Positions 61,737 to 64,000 of a stretch of DNA of 64,000 bases are shown here, in pieces. Under the pieces are notes generated by a model. The model ran no database searches. It was not told the DNA's origin and saw only the letters and a program-made list of their open reading frames with translations. Source of the DNA: Nostoc sp. DedSLP01 (GTDB lineage Bacteria > Cyanobacteriota > Cyanobacteriia > Cyanobacteriales > Nostocaceae); contig JAVRCJ020000001.1 of the NCBI GenBank assembly GCA_034530875.2, positions 349,520-413,519 of the forward strand, written 5' to 3'. The position numbers and the translations under genes were made by a program. The first letter of the stretch is position 1; every line of letters begins with the position of its first letter.

Positions 61737-62352
61737 CTTTCCTTTACTCCTCACACCTTGTATAGATAATTGGGTTTTTTGCACCTAATTCTTAAAAATG
61801 CGACATCTCATTGAAACCTGTGGATGAGGCATCATTACCCCATAGATACAATTTTAGTTTTCGCAAAGCTAATAAACGATTAACTTACAGTTAAAATTTG
61901 ATGTGATTAACTTATGCAAAAACATATCCATATATCAAAATATTATAAAACATTAAATGTAGATGGCAAGATTGAAGCGATCGCCTTGATAACTGTCACA
62001 CATCACCCATTTATATATCCAAGGAGGGAGTACGGTTTCAGTCATTCCTTAATTCTACTTAGCTAAATTTTTAAAAGCTTGAGATACTTATACAGCTTCT
62101 TGGTTGGCATCCAGCTATCAGCATTAGAAATTGTGTGCTATTTGCAGATGAATCGCCCAGTTAAACTAAGTTATCTAAATCTTAGTTAGAACAAGACAAG
62201 ATCGAAAATTAATAAGCCTTATATATTAAGTAAATAAAAATCAAAGATTGGAAATATGCATCGGGAATGGAACATGGGGTATTGGGGATATGTAGTTTTT
62301 TCCTTATAAATACCCAATGTTCTATGCCCAACCCGATCTCACGAAAAATAAC

Positions 62353-62634
62353 TTACTCGATTGCGGAAATTACCCCAGCGAGATCGAAGTCATTCTGCGT
62401 CAGCCCACCGGCATCATGTGTTGTGACTGTAATCTTAACTTTGTTGTAAGAAATTTCTATATCTGGATGATGTCCTGCTGACTCAGCAGGTTCCACCAAT
62501 TTATTGACAAACTCAATTGCTTGGATAAAATCTTTAAATTTGCGGGTGGTCTGTAACTTTGCCCCTTCAAGTGCCCAACCCGAAAGAAGCTTTGCCTTTT
62601 CTTGAATTTCTGCTTCAGTTAACAGTTGTGCCAT
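62353..62634 (-). CDS. Pterin-4-alpha-carbinolamine dehydratase
   Basis: GHHPDI and THDAGGLT..DF. Confidence 0.93.
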   Translation of the reverse strand: MAQLLTEAEIQEKAKLLSGWALEGAKLQTTRKFKDFIQAIEFVNKLVEPAESAGHHPDIEISYNKVKITVTTHDAGGLTQNDFDLAGVISAIE

Positions 62635-62912
62635 ATTGAAAAATTCCCAGCTATATAATATTTGGTCAAATCTTACATATCATGAAACCAAACTTTTTTA
62701 ATTCTGGACGCAGAAGGATGCGACGTTGACACTTGATGAATTCGTTAATTTTGCCTACTGCAGGCATCCTTATCTAAGGAAAATTATGCTAAATAGCTTT
62801 TGTCAATATATCTGTGGTAACCACTGAATTTATTGAGGTTGAAAGCGCAAACCTCACCGAAGCCAATTGGTTAATTCACAAGCAACCACAGATCGAACAA
62901 AACATTACCTTG

Positions 62913-62960
62913 AAAAAACTATCCGCCCTGATTTAGATCGGGAGATCTAAGTCAGGGCGG
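62913..62960 (-). terminator. Strong intrinsic terminator
   Basis: 17-bp stem CCGCCCTGA[C/T]TTAGATC followed on the minus strand by ATAGTTTTTT. Confidence 0.8.
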
Positions 62961-63062
62961 TCTAGCGGGTCTTCAGGTTGCAACCAGACTGCCGGAAGGA
63001 ACTTCTAGCTTAGCCTAGCTACTTGAGCTAACTTAGTCTCTCAAGAGGACTAAGGCTAACTT

Positions 63063-63134
63063 TTAAAGAACAGCCCCGGCACACAGCCGGCTAACTGCAA
63101 CCTGATGACCCATGCTTTTACTACTTTCTATCAT
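63063..63134 (-). CDS. Putative 23-aa peptide (MIESSKSMGHQVAVSRLCAGAVL)
   Basis: AAGGAGGTGATGCCC-ATG, a near-perfect Shine-Dalgarno at 8-nt spacing. Confidence 0.5.
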   Translation of the reverse strand: MIESSKSMGHQVAVSRLCAGAVL

Positions 63135-63252
63135 GGGCATCACCTCCTTGTTGCCTAAGCGGTCTTAGTCTCAAAAGGGGAGAGCAAAATGCTCTAGGTT
63201 TGTAACCTTTACCCAAGATAACACATAAATTTAGGAATGTTAAACATAAATC

Positions 63253-63282
63253 AAAAAAATCTCCCGCCTTTTAGCGGGAGAT
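63253..63282 (-). terminator. Terminator downstream of psbD
   Basis: ATCTCCCGC-6nt-GCGGGAGAT followed by a T-run on the minus strand. Confidence 0.8.
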
Positions 63283-63403
63283 GAGTGGAGAATGGGGGAT
63301 ATCAACACATTGTTGGCTGATGCCGAACAAATTATTTAATCCGGGTAGTGTCAATATACTGCCAACCAGAACCACAATTAGAGTTCTGGTTGGCTTTTTA
63401 TGA

Positions 63404-64000
<597 letters not shown>

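Larger units (their letters stand above)
62913..63210 (-). ncRNA. Putative ~300-nt structured RNA or small-peptide mRNA
   Basis: Candidate -10 TATCTT, two 5' hairpins, strong SD, long-range inverted repeat, terminator. Confidence 0.5.

Overview
Chromosomal segment of a filamentous cyanobacterium, most likely Nostocales. Evidence: frequent HIP1 GCGATCGC, heptamer STRR repeats, and chlB, ycf37, raf1 and psbD. Most of the window is housekeeping: chlB, cyclophilin, Cu amine oxidase, rplT/rpmI, UvrD-like helicase, menG, raf1, aqpZ, tRNA-Leu(CAA), intein-free dnaB, rplI, gloB, ABC1 kinase, M1 aminopeptidase, Rrf2-cysK, a porin and a stand-alone psbD. Accessory blocks are an initial ~5 kb (XisH/XisI, VapBC, DUF6745-like gene, RHH module, tandem Uma2 genes), an SMI1 plus VWA pair, a His-motif/DUF6745-like gene pair beside the tRNA, and an 8-gene glycan locus. 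The most unusual observations are: (1) a three-domain PTPS/QueD whose domains have different active-site motifs; (2) a glycan ABC exporter with a tandem HisKA-like tail; (3) three ~45-nt sequence-divergent but structure-conserved hairpin insertions; (4) an unannotated ~300-nt fold-back transcript unit with a 23-aa ORF; (5) a VWA protein with a duplicated unnamed C-terminal domain; (6) a chimeric pseudogene joined at a HIP1-like site. All family calls are by eye from motifs; no searches were run.
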